Shown here: one piece after another, positions 59,703-64,000 of the stretch
How the letters are laid out: the number at the start of each line of letters is the position of its first letter
How positions within the stretch are numbered: the first letter of the stretch is position 1
Origin: Terriglobia bacterium
Lineage (GTDB): Bacteria; Acidobacteriota; Terriglobia; Acidiferrales; UBA7541
Reading direction: 5' to 3'
NCBI GenBank assembly: GCA_963695545.1
Contig: OY968796.1
Location: 1,312,001 to 1,376,000, forward strand
DNA length: 64,000 nucleotides
Notes under the pieces: generated by a model
Told to the model about the DNA's origin: nothing
The model's input: only the letters and a program-made list of their open reading frames with translations
The model's database searches: none
Position numbers and translations under genes: made by a program

Positions 59703-62700
59703 TTAAACCTGCAGAACGTCGCCGTCCCGCGCGACCATTTCATACAGCACCGGGTTCACAAAAAATCCCAGAAACAGCCGCGAAAGCAGCCCGGCCACGA
59801 TCACGATCGCAAATGGCTTCTGCGTATCGGATCCAATGCCGGTCGAAAGCGCGGCGGGCAGCAATCCCAAACACGCCACCAGCGCCGTCATCATGATCGG
59901 GCGCAACCGCAGCAGCGAAGCCTCGCGCGTTGCCGTGCGAATATCCTTGCCCTCGATTCGCAGTTTGTTGATGAACGACACTAGGATCACGGCCGTCTCC
60001 ACGGACACGCCCAGCAACGCCAGCAAACCCAGCGCCGAGGAAACGCTGAACGGTGTGTGCGTCAATTTGAGCGCGATCAGCGCGCCCACCGGCTCCGTCA
60101 TCACCACGCCCAGCGCGATCGTCACTGGAAATTTGAAGTTGCCGTACAGCGCGAACAGAATCATGAAAATCAGCAGCAGCGCCAGCGGCCCGATGATCAA
60201 CATCTGGTGTTCGGCTTCCAGAAATTCGCTGTATTCGCCGCCCCACGCCAAAGTGTAGCCGGGCGGCAGCGATTTCGTCACGTCCGCGATGGCGCGCTGG
60301 CCATCCCTCACAGCGCCCTCCAAATCCCGCCCCTCGATGCTGTACTGCACGCCGATGTAACGCGAATTGCTCTCGCGATAAATGAACGAAGCGCCGCTGG
60401 CCTCGTGGATGTTCGCAAGCTCGCTCAGCGGAATCTGCTGGCCAGACGGCGTGCCGACGAGCAGGTCGCCGATCGCCTGCGCGCCTTCGCGGAACTGCGG
60501 CTTCATGCGCACCACCAGGTCAAACAGCTTCTCTCCCTGAACCACCTGCGTGGCCGCTTGGCCGCCCACGGCCGTTTGCACCACGGTCTCCACGTCCGCC
60601 ACGTTGATTCCGTAGCGCGCGATTTTGTCCCGGTCAATGTCGATCAATAAACTCGGCTGCCCCAACTCGCGCACCACGGTTAATTCCGTGAATCCCGGCA
60701 CGTCCTGAAGCCGCCGCTTGATCTCGAGCGCGGTCTGCTGCAGCACATTTAAGTCCGGGCCGTACACTTTCACCGCCAGCGCGCTCTTCAAGCCCGTCAA
60801 CGCTTCGTCCACCGCGTCTTCCGCCGGTTGCGTGAAGTTGAAAATGACTCCCGGAAACGCATCGAACTTCTTCTGCAGATCGGCCGTCAATTCAGCCTTG
60901 TCGTGAATCGAGCTCACTGACCACGAGGCATCGCCATAAGGTTTCAGGCCCACGTAAAATTCATCGTTGAAGAACCCGGTCGAATCCGTTCCGTCGTCCG
61001 GCCGCCCCAGTTCCGAACCAACGTCGGTCACCATCGGATACTGCATCAGAATGTCGCGCACCTGCGGACTGAACTTCGCCGCTTCTTCATAGGAAATCGT
61101 GTACGGCATCGTGGCGCGCACCCAGATCGCGCCCTCGTCCAGATGCGGCATGAATTCCCCGCCGATGAACGGAACCAGCAGCAGCGTCGCGCCGAAAATC
61201 AGCGTCGCCCCGATCATCGTCGTCTTCGGCCGGTCCAGACACCAGTCCAGCTGCCCCGCATACGTCTTCTTGATCCACTCGAATGGTTTGTTCCGGTATT
61301 CGTGCACGCCCTTGCGGAACCACGCCGAGCACATCACCGGCACGAACGTCAGCGTCAGGATCAGCGCCCCCACCAGCGCGATCGACATGGTGTCCGCCAT
61401 CGGATGAAACAATTTGCCCGACGGCCCGGTCAGCGCGTAAACCGGGATGTAACCGGCGATGATCACCGCCACGGAATAAAAAATCGGCCGATCCACGTCC
61501 TTGGCCGCGCGCAAAATCACGTCGTAGAGGTTGTATTCGGTTCCTTCGCGCAGCCCCAGCTCGCGGTAAATGTTTTCGACCATCACCAGCGTGCCGTCGA
61601 TGATGATCCCGAAATCGATCGCCCCGATCGAAAGCAGATTCGCCGCCACCCCGCTCGCGTGCAGAAAAATAAATGAGAACAGCAGCGCCAGCGGAATCGT
61701 CAGCGCCACAATCACGGCCGCGCGCCAGCTCACCAGAAAAAAAATCAGCACGATCAGGACCAGCGCCATCCCGCGCAGCAGGTTCCCCTCGACCGTGTCC
61801 GTCGTCAGCCGCACCAGATCGCTGCGGTCGTAGTACGGCACCACTTTCACGTCCGGCGGAAGCACATGCTCGTTCAGCTCGTTGGTCTCCGCCTCCACGC
61901 CCCTCAGCACGTTTTGCGCTTGCTCGCCGGTCAGCATCAGGATCACGCCTTCCACGGCGTCATCGGTCTTGTTGAATCCGAATTCCCCCAGTCGCGGCGC
62001 GTTACCGATCACCACGTCGCCGATGTCGCGCACGCGCACCGGCACGCCGTTCGCGTTCCCCACGATCACGTTTCCGATGTCGGCCTCGTCCTTCAGCAGC
62101 CCGAGCCCGCGCACGTAATAAAACTGTCCTCCCTGCGAATAAAATCCGCCGCCGGTGTTCGCGTTGTTCACCGCCAGTTGATTCATCACCTGCGGCACGG
62201 TGATGTGATACCCGTACAATTTCGCTGGATCGAGCAGCACCTGGTATTGCATCACCGTGCCGCCGAATCCCGAGTCGTCCGCCACGCCGGGCACTTGCTT
62301 GAATCCGCGCTCGATCACCCAGTCTTCGTAGGTCTTCAGTTCCTGCGCCGTGCGGTCCGGGCTCTTAAGCACGTAGCGGTAGATCAGTCCCGACGGGCTC
62401 GACAGTGGCGCAAGCGTCGGCGTCACTCCGCTCGGATAGTTGACCTCGCTCAGCCTCTCAAACACGATCTGTCGCGCGAAATAATTGTCCGTATCTTCGT
62501 CGAACGTCAGAATGATGTCCGAAAGTCCATACAGCGAAATCGACCTCTGGATCACCATCTTCGGCACGCCGTTCATTTCCACTTCGGTCGGCAGCGTCAC
62601 CAACCGCTCGATTTCCTCCGCCGCGTGCCCCGGCCACTGCGTGATGATCTCCACCATCGGCGGCGAAAGGTCCGGATACGCGTCCACCGGCATGCGTTGA

Positions 62701-62792
62701 AACGAAATGATCCCCGCCACCGCGATGAGCACGGTGAACATCATCACCACAAACCGGTTTTTCAGCGAAAACTGTACGATCCGATGAATCAT
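59703..62792 (-). CDS. czcA: CusA/CzcA-family heavy-metal efflux RND permease
   Basis: PVDAYPD, ANLLSIGAIDFGIIIDGTLVMVEN, GGEFMPHLDEG, RLRPIMMTALVA; 1029 aa. Confidence 0.92.
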   Translation of the reverse strand: MIHRIVQFSLKNRFVVMMFTVLIAVAGIISFQRMPVDAYPDLSPPMVEIITQWPGHAAEEIERLVTLPTEVEMNGVPKMVIQRSISLYGLSDIILTFDEDTDNYFARQIVFERLSEVNYPSGVTPTLAPLSSPSGLIYRYVLKSPDRTAQELKTYEDWVIERGFKQVPGVADDSGFGGTVMQYQVLLDPAKLYGYHITVPQVMNQLAVNNANTGGGFYSQGGQFYYVRGLGLLKDEADIGNVIVGNANGVPVRVRDIGDVVIGNAPRLGEFGFNKTDDAVEGVILMLTGEQAQNVLRGVEAETNELNEHVLPPDVKVVPYYDRSDLVRLTTDTVEGNLLRGMALVLIVLIFFLVSWRAAVIVALTIPLALLFSFIFLHASGVAANLLSIGAIDFGIIIDGTLVMVENIYRELGLREGTEYNLYDVILRAAKDVDRPIFYSVAVIIAGYIPVYALTGPSGKLFHPMADTMSIALVGALILTLTFVPVMCSAWFRKGVHEYRNKPFEWIKKTYAGQLDWCLDRPKTTMIGATLIFGATLLLVPFIGGEFMPHLDEGAIWVRATMPYTISYEEAAKFSPQVRDILMQYPMVTDVGSELGRPDDGTDSTGFFNDEFYVGLKPYGDASWSVSSIHDKAELTADLQKKFDAFPGVIFNFTQPAEDAVDEALTGLKSALAVKVYGPDLNVLQQTALEIKRRLQDVPGFTELTVVRELGQPSLLIDIDRDKIARYGINVADVETVVQTAVGGQAATQVVQGEKLFDLVVRMKPQFREGAQAIGDLLVGTPSGQQIPLSELANIHEASGASFIYRESNSRYIGVQYSIEGRDLEGAVRDGQRAIADVTKSLPPGYTLAWGGEYSEFLEAEHQMLIIGPLALLLIFMILFALYGNFKFPVTIALGVVMTEPVGALIALKLTHTPFSVSSALGLLALLGVSVETAVILVSFINKLRIEGKDIRTATREASLLRLRPIMMTALVACLGLLPAALSTGIGSDTQKPFAIVIVAGLLSRLFLGFFVNPVLYEMVARDGDVLQV

Positions 62793-62822
62793 GAAAACTC
62801 GCCGCCCCAGTGTTGAACCGAA

Positions 62823-64000
62823 CTAGTGTTGAATCGAATTCGCGAATTGCAGGAACAGGCTGCCGTCTCCCACCACGTTCTCTCCGGCCGAAAGCCCGCT
62901 GGTTATTTGTGTCTGCCCGCCCTGGCTTTCTCCGATCTCAACCGACCGCCGGCCGAACTGATTTATCCCGCTCTCCACGTACACAAACGGATGATTCTCG
63001 TCGTCGCGCAGCACCGCCGCGTCCGGCACGGCGATCGCATTATCGATCGACCCCGCCGCGACCGTCGCCACGCAGTACATGTTGTTTTTCAGCTTCTCGC
63101 CCGCGTTATCGACCACGATCCGCGCTTGCAGCGTTCGCGTCGTCGGATCGACGGCCGTGGAATTAAACGCGATCCTTCCCCGAAAAATATCGGGATACGA
63201 ATCCGTGGTAACCGAAACCGCGTCGCCCACCTTCACGTCCGCCAGATCCGATTCGTAAACGTTCGCCAGAATCCACACCGTGCTCATATCCGAAATCACG
63301 AATGCCTGCGTCGTCCCCGGCGTCAGCAATTGGCCCGGCGAAACGTCCCGCTCCACCACTTCTCCCGTGATCGGCGCCAGCAGCGGAATCTCCGGCGTAG
63401 ATTTCATCTTCTCCAGATCGGCCGGATTCGTGATGCCCAGAATTTTCAGGCCCTCTTCGGCCGCGTTCAGGTCCGCTTGCGCTTGCGTGCGATCGGACTC
63501 CGCCTGCAACAAATCGCGCTGCGCGATTGCGTTGTGCGAATAAAGATCCTGCGCCCGCGCGTAGTTCAGATCCGCCACGCGAAACGTGTCCCGCGCTTTC
63601 AAATACGTCGCGCGCAACAGCGAATAGTCCGGACTGCTGATCATCAGCAGCGGCTGGCCCTCACGCACGTGATCGCCCGGCACCACCAGGATCCGGCTCA
63701 CCGGCCCGCCCACCTGCGTGATCACCGAAGTCGTGTGAAACGCGTTGTAGGCCACCGCGCCCGTCAGCCGCAGCGTGCGCGCAATCTTCTGCGGCTTGAT
63801 CGTCACCACCTGCACGTGCGCCATCTGATCCTGCGGAATTGTAAAAAGTTCCGGCGTCTCCGATTTCGTGGCGTTGGCGGAAAAAGAAGTCATGTTGCTC
63901 GCATTTTCGCCAGAGCCGCATCCGCCCAGCGCGAATGCAAGCGCCGTCGCGCCCAGCGCGAACCCGAGCGCGATCGCCGCGCCCGCGTCCCACTTCCGTC
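62823..64000 (-). CDS. CzcB-like RND periplasmic adaptor (5' end outside window)
   Basis: Frame open to window end with lipobox LGGC; APITGEVVER, VWILANVYE, VDPTTRT, GLSAGENVVGDGSL. Confidence 0.88.
   Translation of the reverse strand, partial: RKWDAGAAIALGFALGATALAFALGGCGSGENASNMTSFSANATKSETPELFTIPQDQMAHVQVVTIKPQKIARTLRLTGAVAYNAFHTTSVITQVGGPVSRILVVPGDHVREGQPLLMISSPDYSLLRATYLKARDTFRVADLNYARAQDLYSHNAIAQRDLLQAESDRTQAQADLNAAEEGLKILGITNPADLEKMKSTPEIPLLAPITGEVVERDVSPGQLLTPGTTQAFVISDMSTVWILANVYESDLADVKVGDAVSVTTDSYPDIFRGRIAFNSTAVDPTTRTLQARIVVDNAGEKLKNNMYCVATVAAGSIDNAIAVPDAAVLRDDENHPFVYVESGINQFGRRSVEIGESQGGQTQITSGLSAGENVVGDGSLFLQFANSIQH

Overview
GC-rich bacterial chromosome segment, most likely Acidobacteriota (inferred from Oar-like TonB receptors and an Acidobacterial-type VWA protein). 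It spans the replication origin (dnaA-oriC-dnaN-gyrB-gyrA, minus strand). Left to right: a partial IPT/TIG-beta-propeller lipoprotein, a LuxR-like regulator and tRNA-Val(GAC); a ROK-regulated glycan (probably mannoside) utilisation locus (PMI, ROK kinase, beta-helix protein, TonB receptor, unknown secreted protein, ROK repressor, GH38-like protein, sugar porter) with two matching 25-bp operators; an MdtABC-like RND pump; an M13 peptidase; a complete 2,824-bp IS1-family element with passenger genes, 16-bp terminal IRs and an 8-bp target duplication; and two divergent adenylation/ACP/acyltransferase fusion genes that flank a two-gene NLR-like module (TIR-TIR-AAA_35 ATPase plus AAA_35 ATPase-TM-TPR repeats). 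Further right are LOG and VWA genes, the origin core, YmdB, 6S RNA, a TonB receptor preceded by a CxxC/RAPP leader peptide whose stop-codon region pairs with the receptor's SD, and a CzcA/CzcB metal-efflux pair. The best candidates for undescribed biology are the paired STAND/TIR module and the RAPP-leader translational switch. All calls come from reading motifs by eye; no searches were run.
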